Part shown: positions 28,326 through 37,896 of the stretch, in pieces
Layout: every line of letters starts with the position of its first letter
Position numbering within the stretch: position 1 is the first letter of the stretch
Virus record (IMG/VR): IMGVR_UViG_3300042402_005830
Coordinates: 11,726-75,725 of that record
Reading direction: 5' to 3' (one strand)
DNA length: 64,000 bases
Source: a virus
Position numbers and translations under genes: made by a program
Notes under the pieces: generated by a model
Told to the model about the DNA's origin: nothing
Database searches by the model: none
What the model saw: the letters and a program-made list of their open reading frames with translations, nothing else

Positions 28326-29870
28326 TCAATTTATCTTAAAGTTCTGACTTAAAACTTTTTGATATGCGTCCATCATTTTTTTCATCAGTTCCGTAGTTGT
28401 AGATCCGTTGGTTGTTGTTGGAACTGGTGGTAATCCATGGAAGGAATGAACATGTGTAATTAGGTATTGAATTATGTAATTTAATAGTTCAAGTAACTCC
28501 TCACCTCTTACCATTGATGAAACATTCCCTACAACATTTTCCGAAATAAAATCACCTGAAACACCATAATTGGTTCCTTCTAAATTAATTTGTTTTTTCC
28601 CTGGTATTACTGATTGGTGTGAAAGGAAATAAAACTTATCCGCTCCGAATATTTGAACTGTAGAATTCTCCGATGATGTTTTCACATCCTCCAAATTAAT
28701 TAATTTTGGTTGAACCGGATTTCCTTTTTTGTTTTTTGAGAATATAAGTCCAAAACCTCCAAATGTTTTAGATTCCGTCGTACTCAATGAAATTCCAACT
28801 TGAGACTGAAATGAAAGAGTATTGACCAAAGATAGTGGATCTGATGTTTGAGAAGAAACATTCAAAACATTTTTGGTGGGTCTATAATAGAATGGAAAAA
28901 CATTCCCCAACGAAGGAGAAATAGCAAGGGTCGAATTTTTAAAATTAGTTAATAATGTGTTGATAAAATCAACCGAACCTGACATAGTAAGACCCTGAAA
29001 CCCTTCGGTATATGCCAAACTTTTATTTTGAATTTCAGTATCAGGTAAAATATTCTTTGTTTTTATATTCTCACCTTCATTTATTCTATAAAAATAAACA
29101 TTACCTGTGAAGTTAGATGTACTACTTAAGTTTATTATATCCCACTCAACCAAATATACAAGATTTGCATCGGTTTGCTCGGCTTTGATAAGTTTTTTTA
29201 AAGTTTTTTCAGAAGTGGTAGTTTCCAAATTAGAAATTTGAATGAACGCCCTTCTTGGGTTTTCGTATGGGAAAGTTGATCCATTTGCATTTCTCAAACC
29301 GATTGACTTTGCCTTACCAGAACGAAGAATAATATCTTCATCTTTTAAAATAATGTCCGTATTGTATCTTCCAAGAATAGCTATGTCATTTGGTTCAGGA
29401 AAAATAGATGCCGTTTTTGGGTTTTTATAACTTCCATCGATATTCTTGAGATCAGGTGACATCTTGTTTCTATCACCAGTATTCAATAATGTTTCCGCAT
29501 TTGCCGAAACATCTTTGTATTGTAAAGTAGGTGAGGAAATCGGACCCTGCATATAAAATTTATTCTTATCATCTTGAAATTCAGGATTTGAATAAACAAT
29601 ATGGACATACTCACCAACTTTTGGTATTTGTCTGAAGAAATAAGGCATCAAAGAGTTGAACACAAAAGGATCTTTTTTGGTCCAAAAATATTTAGAAGGA
29701 ATATCACCAGGAATGTCAAAAACTTCGTTTGGGAAATTTGCCTTGACTATGTCATTTACATACCTTGTGGTGGGAAATGCTCTTATCCTACCCAACACAA
29801 GTGGATCATCTACTGAAACACACACTCCAGGATATATTATTCTTTTTGATGCTGCACTTGCGTCTAACAT
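28326..29870 (-). CDS. Baseplate hub/spike protein (gp5-like N-terminal OB fold, HxH tip)
   Basis: GVCVSVDDPLVLGRIRA, PKVGEYV, DIAILGRYNTDIIL, C-terminal THVHSFHG. Confidence 0.7.
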   Translation of the reverse strand: MLDASAASKRIIYPGVCVSVDDPLVLGRIRAFPTTRYVNDIVKANFPNEVFDIPGDIPSKYFWTKKDPFVFNSLMPYFFRQIPKVGEYVHIVYSNPEFQDDKNKFYMQGPISSPTLQYKDVSANAETLLNTGDRNKMSPDLKNIDGSYKNPKTASIFPEPNDIAILGRYNTDIILKDEDIILRSGKAKSIGLRNANGSTFPYENPRRAFIQISNLETTTSEKTLKKLIKAEQTDANLVYLVEWDIINLSSTSNFTGNVYFYRINEGENIKTKNILPDTEIQNKSLAYTEGFQGLTMSGSVDFINTLLTNFKNSTLAISPSLGNVFPFYYRPTKNVLNVSSQTSDPLSLVNTLSFQSQVGISLSTTESKTFGGFGLIFSKNKKGNPVQPKLINLEDVKTSSENSTVQIFGADKFYFLSHQSVIPGKKQINLEGTNYGVSGDFISENVVGNVSSMVRGEELLELLNYIIQYLITHVHSFHGLPPVPTTTNGSTTTELMKKMMDAYQKVLSQNFKIN

Positions 29871-29872
29871 AA

Positions 29873-30085
29873 TTAGATGTTGGTTCTTTCTTTATACTTA
29901 TTCAATAGTTCATTATAGACAGTTTCAGTAATCAACATATGTTCTGAGATTTTTTCAATCATTTTTTTTGATTCATCAAAATCTCTCCTTAAGACATCTA
30001 AAACCTCTGTCACTTTTTTGTTGGGAGTGTTGTCAAAGTCCGAAATTACGGATTTTATTAATTTTTGTTCTTGTTCTGTTATCAT
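29873..30085 (-). CDS. Small hypothetical protein
   Basis: 70 aa ORF, translationally coupled to its neighbour. Confidence 0.6.
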   Translation of the reverse strand: MITEQEQKLIKSVISDFDNTPNKKVTEVLDVLRRDFDESKKMIEKISEHMLITETVYNELLNKYKERTNI

Positions 30086-32022
30086 ATCAGTTTTCCAAAT
30101 AAAGATGCTGGTGATAGGTAAGGTCCTGCTATTGAAATTAACGGTTGGGAAGGAGAACCCAAATTAATTGTCGAAACTTGAACTTTAGAGTTCTCATCCA
30201 TCTCTCTCTTATAAGCACTAATTAAAGAAAAATCATGAATCAAACCCAAATTGGGTGATCCATCAGGTAAATCTCCAGTCGGATAACCTAATTTATCTAA
30301 AGTTTCTGTGTGATTGTTAAATGCTCTCACGGCAGAAAATCCTTCCAATAAAGAAGAAAAGGCAAGGGCGGGTAGTGGTATTTTCAATTTTGGAGCAAGT
30401 AACCTGAGAAGGGTTAATAATTCATCCGTTATACTTCTACATCTTTTATAGTCACGAATTAAATTAACAACAACAAATGCGATAGATAAAAGTTTTGTAA
30501 TGATAATTATGTAAGTATTTTTACTTTTTTCACTAATATCTTTATTTAAACTAACGATTAGATTATAGATTTGTTTTTTGATCAAAACAACTAATACTTC
30601 TTTGAATTTTGCTTGAATTTCTGAAATTAGGACCACCATTATATTTCTCATTTCTCTTAAGAAAGTTTGAAAATCTTCCACCGCATCTACAAAATTTTGT
30701 TTTAAGGCTTTGAACATTATGAATATGGGTAACAAAACTTTAGGGCTAATCAAAGACATCACAATAATCTTTGGTAATTGTTTTATTATCTCTAAATTTA
30801 AAACAAGATTGAAGTCAATCGTAGGTAGTGAAGGTCCCCACTCTGGATTTTGAGAAATATCTTTTATAGCTTCGATTAATTCTTCTTGAAGTTGTTCATC
30901 GGTTTTATCACCGGCATTTTCCCATATGTTGGAAATTGAATTGACTACTTGATTGTAGTCGATTGGTAATTTTACATTACCACAATCCTCAAATTCAACC
31001 ACACGATTCAATGTGTTATTAACATCGTTATTAACATCTCTTAATTCGAATTCTGTCAATTCAAAAAACGACTCATCAATTTCTTCTAATATTGAAACTT
31101 TAGAAGTTCCACCAACCTCAATCTCTTGAGTGTTGTCAAAACACAAACCAAGAATTCTTTGTATTATTTTCAAAGCAACTGAAACATCCTCCAATTTTTT
31201 AGAACCTACTTCTAAATCCATGTCGACCGAAGATGTAAGAACATTTAAAGAGTTTTTTACAATGTCCGAAAAATCAAATATTTGAATTGATTGATAATAA
31301 TCAACTAAGAAATCGGCGACTAAAGTTGGAGAATTTAATTTAGGTTGAAGAGTAACCTCAAAAAAATCTCCGTAGTTTCCTGTATTCTGATCTTGAACAA
31401 CATATTTTATATCAAAAAGATCCTGATTAGAAAATCCTTTATAAAATTGTCCATATTGTTCTGAATAAGATTGATCACTTTGAGTTCTATTATATAACTC
31501 ACGGTTCATCGAAAAAGGGTTGTTCTGTATGGATAAACTTTCTTTTTCGTATAAGATCTTGGTTTTATTATTGTCAGGAGAATACTTCAAATATTCTAAA
31601 AGATCAATAGAGTCAAGTTTTATGTATATTTTTTCGTTGGGAATATACTGTTGCTCTTGCTCACACCCTAAAGCTTTGATTGTTGAGTCCGCTAATAAAG
31701 TTGGTAATTGATTTTTCACCTCTCTCGACGCATCCAACATCGCCTTCAACAATATATCAATAGTTTCATTTCCTGTTTCAGGATTTCTAACCAATTCAAT
31801 TAATTTGTCATATTGATTTTTGACGGCAGACGAATTGAATGCTTCGGAAGCTTTTGTTTTAGCTGAGTTTAAAGATTCAGAGAAAAATTTGTTACTTGCG
31901 GTCTCAGCATCACCTGATTTTTTTTCAATATCTTTTATTTGTTTAGATATTTTTTTGTATTTTTGACCACTTTTGATTTTTCCCTTTATCTCATCAAATT
32001 CGTTATTTAAATCAAGTGCCAT
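30082..32022 (-). CDS. Hypothetical protein (possibly structural)
   Basis: 646 aa ORF in an operon with the spike-like gene. Confidence 0.65.
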   Translation of the reverse strand: MALDLNNEFDEIKGKIKSGQKYKKISKQIKDIEKKSGDAETASNKFFSESLNSAKTKASEAFNSSAVKNQYDKLIELVRNPETGNETIDILLKAMLDASREVKNQLPTLLADSTIKALGCEQEQQYIPNEKIYIKLDSIDLLEYLKYSPDNNKTKILYEKESLSIQNNPFSMNRELYNRTQSDQSYSEQYGQFYKGFSNQDLFDIKYVVQDQNTGNYGDFFEVTLQPKLNSPTLVADFLVDYYQSIQIFDFSDIVKNSLNVLTSSVDMDLEVGSKKLEDVSVALKIIQRILGLCFDNTQEIEVGGTSKVSILEEIDESFFELTEFELRDVNNDVNNTLNRVVEFEDCGNVKLPIDYNQVVNSISNIWENAGDKTDEQLQEELIEAIKDISQNPEWGPSLPTIDFNLVLNLEIIKQLPKIIVMSLISPKVLLPIFIMFKALKQNFVDAVEDFQTFLREMRNIMVVLISEIQAKFKEVLVVLIKKQIYNLIVSLNKDISEKSKNTYIIIITKLLSIAFVVVNLIRDYKRCRSITDELLTLLRLLAPKLKIPLPALAFSSLLEGFSAVRAFNNHTETLDKLGYPTGDLPDGSPNLGLIHDFSLISAYKREMDENSKVQVSTINLGSPSQPLISIAGPYLSPASLFGKLI

Positions 32023-32393
32023 TATTTGAGATGGTATTTACCATCATCAAGTTTGTCAATGTCTTTTCCAATCAAATTTTGAAGAACATCATCATCAATT
32101 TCACTCAAACTAAAGTTTTCTTCATTGTTGTTATTTGACTTTTCCCAAATTTGAGATTGAAGTTTTGATAAACTTAATTTTTTCTCGATGGTGTCATTTA
32201 TTATTTTTTGTTGTTCTTTAATAATTGGTCCCAAAACTGTAAGATCTTCAGCATCTTTCATTAGTGATGCCATCTTATTTTGTAATCTTATTGCGGTATT
32301 TCTTTGTTCAACTAATTCGTTATAAATTTCTTGCATAAGACCCAAAATAGAATCTTTAGATAATTTAATTTCTTTTCTACGAGGTTTTGTCAT
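32022..32393 (-). CDS. Hypothetical coiled-coil protein
   Basis: 123 aa helical ORF. Confidence 0.65.
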   Translation of the reverse strand: MTKPRRKEIKLSKDSILGLMQEIYNELVEQRNTAIRLQNKMASLMKDAEDLTVLGPIIKEQQKIINDTIEKKLSLSKLQSQIWEKSNNNNEENFSLSEIDDDVLQNLIGKDIDKLDDGKYHLK

Positions 32394-32401
32394 ATCTATA
32401 A

Positions 32402-33145
32402 TTATTCGGAATTCAATTTATTTAGGAATTCAAAATAAAGACCCCTGTATTTTTTTATTGAACTTCTTACTTCTTTGGTTGACATGTTTGTCATTTCACG
32501 GATAGATAATAAAATGACATTTTTGTTAAATTTGTTGTTGTCGTTTCCCAAAAAAACTCGTTCATAGTTTTTCAATAACTCTACTAACGCATAACCCAAT
32601 TTTATTTCATTTGTGTTTAAATCCGATTTCTCAATAAAATCCTCTAATTTTTCCACATACATCTCAATAATTTCGGTGGTTTCTACATTTTCGTATTCTA
32701 AATAATATATTAAGTCAGGACGATTTTCTAAATTGGACGAAATATCTTCATAAGATATTCTTCGGTTCTGATCTTTTTGGTCTTTTATAATTTGACCCAT
32801 TAGGTAATTCTTACATATTGTTCCAAAATAAGAATATGCTTTTTTATTTTTTTCAGGTTTGAACTTATCTACCTTTGTCAATAAAAAAGAATGTGTATCA
32901 CTGTGAATGTCAGCAAAGTCCATATCTTTTCTATATAACTTATATCTTCTTATGATTGAGGAAATCATCTTATCCAAAGGTGCATGGAGGAATTCATCAT
33001 AAATACGATTTTTCTCACCCCATGATTTCGCTTCAAGGAACATGCGCACGGCATGTTCCTCTCTTTCTGCGAAATAATTCTTTTCTTTCGGCTTTCGCCC
33101 TTTTTTTACCTGTTCTGTGTTAGTTGTCGCTGAGGCTGGGTTCAT
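32402..33145 (-). CDS. Phage late-transcription sigma factor (T4 gp55-like)
   Basis: KNYF...KMISSIIRRYK...KVDKFKPEKNKKAYSYFGTICKNYL matches sigma region 2 (FDP..AFxYFT) of gp55-like factors. Confidence 0.7.
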   Translation of the reverse strand: MNPASATTNTEQVKKGRKPKEKNYFAEREEHAVRMFLEAKSWGEKNRIYDEFLHAPLDKMISSIIRRYKLYRKDMDFADIHSDTHSFLLTKVDKFKPEKNKKAYSYFGTICKNYLMGQIIKDQKDQNRRISYEDISSNLENRPDLIYYLEYENVETTEIIEMYVEKLEDFIEKSDLNTNEIKLGYALVELLKNYERVFLGNDNNKFNKNVILLSIREMTNMSTKEVRSSIKKYRGLYFEFLNKLNSE

Positions 33146-33953
33146 CCACTAATTCAGGTTCGTATTTTATTTCCCTATCCTGAATAAAGAAGTATTCTTT
33201 TTTCGCCACTTCCAACCAAAACTTCGCCTCATCAGGACTTAAGGGATTGTCACCGAACTTATAATTCCAAAAGATGGATCCCAATCTCATATTCGTATGT
33301 TTGTAACCAATTCTAGGAATGGTTCTTATTATTGCGGAATTATATGTCATTCTCATCAAGAATTCATATACAAAAGTTAACTTCATAGATTCTTTAAAAC
33401 CACCGTAATCAATGAAAGTGTCTTTTCTGATTACCATACCACTACTTTGAAAGTTCTGAAAACGAGCAAGTAGATCATTTGTTAAAAGTGAGTAGTCTAA
33501 GTTGAAGTTGGCAGCAAAAGTAGCTTCGTTAGTGAATCCTGCAAATTGGTTTTTCTCATCGACATCAACAACGACAGGTAAAAACCCTTGTGATTCAGGA
33601 TATGCTTTTTTATGAATTTCGACATGTTTAAACCAAATCGCAGAATATTCGTCATCAAATTCACAAAAAGAAACCCAATCATTCTTCGCTTTTGAGACCC
33701 CGTAGTTCACTTGTGATTGAAAGGATGGATCTCCTTCAAAAGTTTCAATTCTTACAATGTCACTCAAGGATCCAAAATCATAATCGGTCAAAAATGTTTG
33801 AAGGGATTCTTCTTCAGTAGGAACAATCAATAATTCAGTAGGTAATACCTTTTGATTTTGAATTGATTCGATCAACTTACCAAAGTATTCATCAAAATCT
33901 TTACTCTTCGATGATTTAATTGGTAAAATTACACTTATATTTGAGGTTTCCAT
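33120..33953 (-). CDS. GT2-family glycosyltransferase
   Basis: ISVILPI, QVNYGVSKAKNDWVSFCEFDDEY, GGFKES. Confidence 0.8.
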   Translation of the reverse strand: METSNISVILPIKSSKSKDFDEYFGKLIESIQNQKVLPTELLIVPTEEESLQTFLTDYDFGSLSDIVRIETFEGDPSFQSQVNYGVSKAKNDWVSFCEFDDEYSAIWFKHVEIHKKAYPESQGFLPVVVDVDEKNQFAGFTNEATFAANFNLDYSLLTNDLLARFQNFQSSGMVIRKDTFIDYGGFKESMKLTFVYEFLMRMTYNSAIIRTIPRIGYKHTNMRLGSIFWNYKFGDNPLSPDEAKFWLEVAKKEYFFIQDREIKYEPELVDEPSLSDN

Positions 33954-35014
33954 TATTCTACTTCTACGGGTTTAAGTTTATTAAGTTGTTGTTCTAAAGA
34001 TTCTATTCTTGCGTCAACATATTCATTAAAAAGATTCAAAGCGGTAGTATTAAATTTGTCTTCGTTTTGGTAATTTTGAGCGGTAATTAAACCCTCTTCA
34101 ATCAAACCTTCAGAAACATTATCCTCCAACCAGTTCTTTATATAGTCGGCCAAAATATCAACAATTTCAAAGTTATTAGTTGTCCAAATACCGTTTTTTT
34201 CATTAATCCATTCAGGTTCTATGTAAGGAATTCTACCAATTACGGGAGTTCCTGTGGACATTGATTCGAGAGGGAATGTTCCGAAACTTGATTTCTCATC
34301 AATCCAAACCGAAACACATGCATCCCTTAATGGTTCAAAGAACTGATCTTGATTCATCGATCTCATATCTCGGAAAGTGAACCAACGGTATTGCGGATAT
34401 TTCTGATAAAAAGTTTTGATCAAATTCAAAGAATCTCTTTGTTCTCTTGAATGAATTGCAATGATTGGTTTTGCCGGTTTATCTTTCTCTGTTGCATATT
34501 TTGACAAAGAAACAGGTAAAATATCTACGGATACACCTCTGAAAACATCACGAACTTTTTCAGCAAGTTTTCCGGAGGTTGTGAGACACTTATAAACACC
34601 AAAACCATTCCAACTCTGACCTGGTTTGAGAGTTTCAAATATATGATCATAAGCTTGAGTCAAAACAACCTTACCACAGGGTAAGGATTGAACCTGTTCA
34701 ATGATATATCCAAGTAATTCTGGTATAATCAAAAAGTCCTCAACTCCAACCTGTAAGTTCTGACCATTCACATAATTCTCCTCCAAGTCCTCATAACCAT
34801 CACCCAACCAAGATTTGTGAGATGTGAATCCTTTTTCTTCAAACAAAATTATGGCATTTTTACCATTATCTTTTAAGGTTCTTGCAATATCATAAATGTA
34901 TTTTATCGATGCTTTCGCATTTCCCTTTGTATCTTGTACAAAAAAATAGAATTTATTGGTTCCATTTTTTAGTGACAAAATTGTTTTTTCAATTTTTACT
35001 GTATTATCTGTCAT
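33953..35014 (-). CDS. GT-B (GT4-like) glycosyltransferase
   Basis: DFLIIPE, SSFGTFPLESMSTGTPVIG. Confidence 0.75.
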   Translation of the reverse strand: MTDNTVKIEKTILSLKNGTNKFYFFVQDTKGNAKASIKYIYDIARTLKDNGKNAIILFEEKGFTSHKSWLGDGYEDLEENYVNGQNLQVGVEDFLIIPELLGYIIEQVQSLPCGKVVLTQAYDHIFETLKPGQSWNGFGVYKCLTTSGKLAEKVRDVFRGVSVDILPVSLSKYATEKDKPAKPIIAIHSREQRDSLNLIKTFYQKYPQYRWFTFRDMRSMNQDQFFEPLRDACVSVWIDEKSSFGTFPLESMSTGTPVIGRIPYIEPEWINEKNGIWTTNNFEIVDILADYIKNWLEDNVSEGLIEEGLITAQNYQNEDKFNTTALNLFNEYVDARIESLEQQLNKLKPVEVE

Positions 35015-35297
35015 CGTCTTCCGATTTTTTCAATATATTATCTTTAACTAAAGTATTAAACGCCAATTTAAATGGTATTGGAACATCACTTCCTCTAATT
35101 CCCATCGCTTCATCTACATCATCTTTCTCGGTCATTAAGACCTCAATCAGAAATTTGTAAACCTCATAACTTACAACATTTATTGTCTGACCTTGTTCTT
35201 CATCATCTTTTTGATTTTTTGGGTCAAAGTCGAGACGCAATTTTGTATCTAAATAATTTAAATCTAAATACCATTCATCACCAAAAATTTTAAACAT
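35004..35297 (-). CDS. Hypothetical protein
   Basis: 97 aa ORF, coupled to neighbours. Confidence 0.65.
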   Translation of the reverse strand: MFKIFGDEWYLDLNYLDTKLRLDFDPKNQKDDEEQGQTINVVSYEVYKFLIEVLMTEKDDVDEAMGIRGSDVPIPFKLAFNTLVKDNILKKSEDDDR

Positions 35298-35904
35298 TTA
35301 ATATATTATTTTTATAATAATTTATAAACTCTTCCAAAGAGTAAATCTTTTTATCGTGTTCAAAAGAGGAGTTCTGTTCATTTGAGAATAAAACCATGTG
35401 TTTCATCCATTTTTTATACTCTTTTATAAGAGCAGTATTACAAGTTACCAACACATCGATGTCTTTAAAGATTTTATCAATTGTTTTGTTATTATAGAAA
35501 ATAACCTCTTCAATCTCACATCCAAACTTGGATAAGAAAAAGAGTGTTGACGGTTTTGATTTACCGAACTCGTCAGAAACAATTACAATTTCATTTTCAT
35601 CTCTTAATTCCTTATAAATCTTATCCAAACTTACAAAGGTGTTCATCTCTGTTGAAGGAGCGTGACCAAAAATTGTCATAGGATTTTCAACATATATAAA
35701 ATCATAAAGTTCCTCATCAGATTTAAATTTAAAGTGATCTTTGATAATTTCAGTATTGATTGGCCTTACAATCTCATACTTGAAATCATCGGACACCTCT
35801 TCCTCCCCAACCTCCAACTCTTCAATCATCAACTTCTCGTAAGTAGATTCCAATTTTTTAATGGTGTCCCGAAGAACACCATTTACCTCAAACGCTATTC
35901 TCAT
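35290..35904 (-). CDS. HAD-fold 5'(3')-nucleotidase-like protein with a degenerate catalytic motif
   Basis: MRIAFEVNGVLRD aligns with IxxDxDGVLxD but has E/N in place of the two Asp; EIVIVS, IDVLV. Confidence 0.6.
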   Translation of the reverse strand: MRIAFEVNGVLRDTIKKLESTYEKLMIEELEVGEEEVSDDFKYEIVRPINTEIIKDHFKFKSDEELYDFIYVENPMTIFGHAPSTEMNTFVSLDKIYKELRDENEIVIVSDEFGKSKPSTLFFLSKFGCEIEEVIFYNNKTIDKIFKDIDVLVTCNTALIKEYKKWMKHMVLFSNEQNSSFEHDKKIYSLEEFINYYKNNILNV

Positions 35905-36617
35905 TGTTCGTATTTATCCAATATTTTATTGATGAGAGGATTACGGATAATATCTTTATTATCAAAACTAAAAACACCTATATCTTCAACATCCTTAAAT
36001 TTCATAAGTGCATCATAAAGACCTGAATGTGTTTTGTCTTTATATCTATCTGTTTGTTCCAAGTCACCTGAAATGAAGAATTTACTATTAAAACCAATTC
36101 TTGTCAAAAGAAGTTTCATTTGTTTTGGAGTTGCGTTTTGGCCTTCTTCAAATATCAAAATAGAATTATCAATATTCATTCCCCTCATATAAGCCAACGC
36201 AAATACCTCAATAATCTCAACTTCCTTTAGTTTTTCTCTTGCTTCCTTTCCAATGATTTTATTCATAAGATAGTAACTTGGAAAAATGTATGGATCCAAC
36301 TTCTCCTCTACATTACCCGGAAGTGATCCGAGTTTTTCTTCTGCCTCAACGGCGGGTCTTACAATAATAATTTTTTCATAACCGTTTTCAGGATCACATA
36401 AAAGATCAATTGCTGCTCTCATGGCAACAAACGACTTACCAACACCTGCAGGACCCGAACAGATTGTAATCTGATTCTTACAAAGAATATCATAATATTC
36501 CTTTTGTGAATCAGTTAAAAACTTTTTTCGTTGTCTTTTAGTTACAATAGAATTTATTAAATCCTTTTTATTAACATAAACTTCTCTTGGTTTAACTTCC
36601 TCTTTTTTTCTTTGCAT
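35901..36617 (-). CDS. phoH: PhoH-family ATPase
   Basis: GPAGVGKS, RPAVEAEEKLGSLPG, LAYMRG, EEGQN, LLTRIG, GDLEQTD, IIRNPLI. Confidence 0.95.
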   Translation of the reverse strand: MQRKKEEVKPREVYVNKKDLINSIVTKRQRKKFLTDSQKEYYDILCKNQITICSGPAGVGKSFVAMRAAIDLLCDPENGYEKIIIVRPAVEAEEKLGSLPGNVEEKLDPYIFPSYYLMNKIIGKEAREKLKEVEIIEVFALAYMRGMNIDNSILIFEEGQNATPKQMKLLLTRIGFNSKFFISGDLEQTDRYKDKTHSGLYDALMKFKDVEDIGVFSFDNKDIIRNPLINKILDKYEQ

Positions 36618-36625
36618 TTTTTTAA

Positions 36626-37195
36626 TTATATACCTGTTGATCCAAACCCGTTAGAATTTCTATCTTTTTCGGTTAAATCATCCACTTTATTAAGACTAAC
36701 AGAATCTCCATTTACAACAGGTGTAACAACCGCTTGAGCGATTTTCATACCTTTGTGAATGTTGATATCCATAGTGCTTGTATTATATATTATAACCTTT
36801 ATTTCACCATTGTAACCAGAATCAACAGTTCCTGGTGAATTTAAGACAAAAAGACCTTTATTTAAGGCAAGACCACTTTTAGACCTGACTTGAATTTCAT
36901 ATCCATACGGGATGTCAAAAAATAATCCTGTTGAAACAATTGTTCGTGTTCCTGCAGGAATTGTAGTTTCTTGATTGGATAAAAGATCAAAACCTGAGTC
37001 ACTACCATAATGGTATGTTGGATCAGGATTATCAGACTTGTTGACGAATGAAAGGTTCATCTTGGGTCTATAATTTTTCATTTGTTCTTCCAAATGACCC
37101 AAAGTCTCATTGATTTTACTTTGGTCGGATGACATATCCATCAAATCTTTAAGTACCGACATTGTACTCGTAAAGTTTTTTAAATCTTTTATCAT
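36626..37195 (-). CDS. dut: Trimeric dUTPase
   Basis: SGFDL, RSKSGLA, NSPGTVDSGYNGEI, IAQAV, RNSNGFGSTG. Confidence 0.95.
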   Translation of the reverse strand: MIKDLKNFTSTMSVLKDLMDMSSDQSKINETLGHLEEQMKNYRPKMNLSFVNKSDNPDPTYHYGSDSGFDLLSNQETTIPAGTRTIVSTGLFFDIPYGYEIQVRSKSGLALNKGLFVLNSPGTVDSGYNGEIKVIIYNTSTMDINIHKGMKIAQAVVTPVVNGDSVSLNKVDDLTEKDRNSNGFGSTGI

Positions 37196-37896
37196 TTTAA
37201 TTCAAATATTTTTTTAATTATATGAGCAAGAGCAACAGTATCTTTTTCACAATACTCTGAAATTACATCCAACTTCTTTGTTTTGTAATAGAATTCGTTC
37301 AAGTTTTCACCCGAAACTTCCATTTCTTTTGGAGATTCAATTCCCATACTTACACACAAAAGATCTAATGAACCAATAGAATATGGGTTGTTATAGTTCC
37401 ACAGGTCTTTTGTATCAATTGCTTTTACCTCCCAAGGTTTGGTATTATAGATTGGAAAAATTTTGGGTGGTTTCATATCATTTATGACAAATCTTTTCCC
37501 AAGAGTTGGGATGTCAAATAATTTAATATTGTGACCACACATGTAGAAATCCAATCGTTCAATACGGTTGAAAAGAGTTCTGATTTCTTTCAATAATTCA
37601 ACCTCGTCATGGTTTGAAAAAGTGGTTCTATGTAACTCACCTTTTGTATCATAAAAACAAAAGGAAGCGGCAACCACCCTTGAAAATTCAGGAACCAACG
37701 CTGCCCTTTTGAAATATCTTTCTTCAGGGGTGATGTCCCCATCTTCAGGGTACCTCCTTTTGAAAAAATCAATATAATCGAAAAATACCTTATGTAACTT
37801 CGGTTTTTTCTCTTCTAACTCTTTAAGAGTTTCAAATTCTGAAACTGTTTCAATATCAAAAAACAGAATCTTGTCGAGGGGTTTATCTAATGTCAT
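37192..37896 (-). CDS. PolB-like 3'-5' exonuclease (DEDD)
   Basis: FFDIETV, GHNIKLFDIP, IDTKDLW, SLDLLC, YCEKDT. Confidence 0.88.
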   Translation of the reverse strand: MTLDKPLDKILFFDIETVSEFETLKELEEKKPKLHKVFFDYIDFFKRRYPEDGDITPEERYFKRAALVPEFSRVVAASFCFYDTKGELHRTTFSNHDEVELLKEIRTLFNRIERLDFYMCGHNIKLFDIPTLGKRFVINDMKPPKIFPIYNTKPWEVKAIDTKDLWNYNNPYSIGSLDLLCVSMGIESPKEMEVSGENLNEFYYKTKKLDVISEYCEKDTVALAHIIKKIFELK

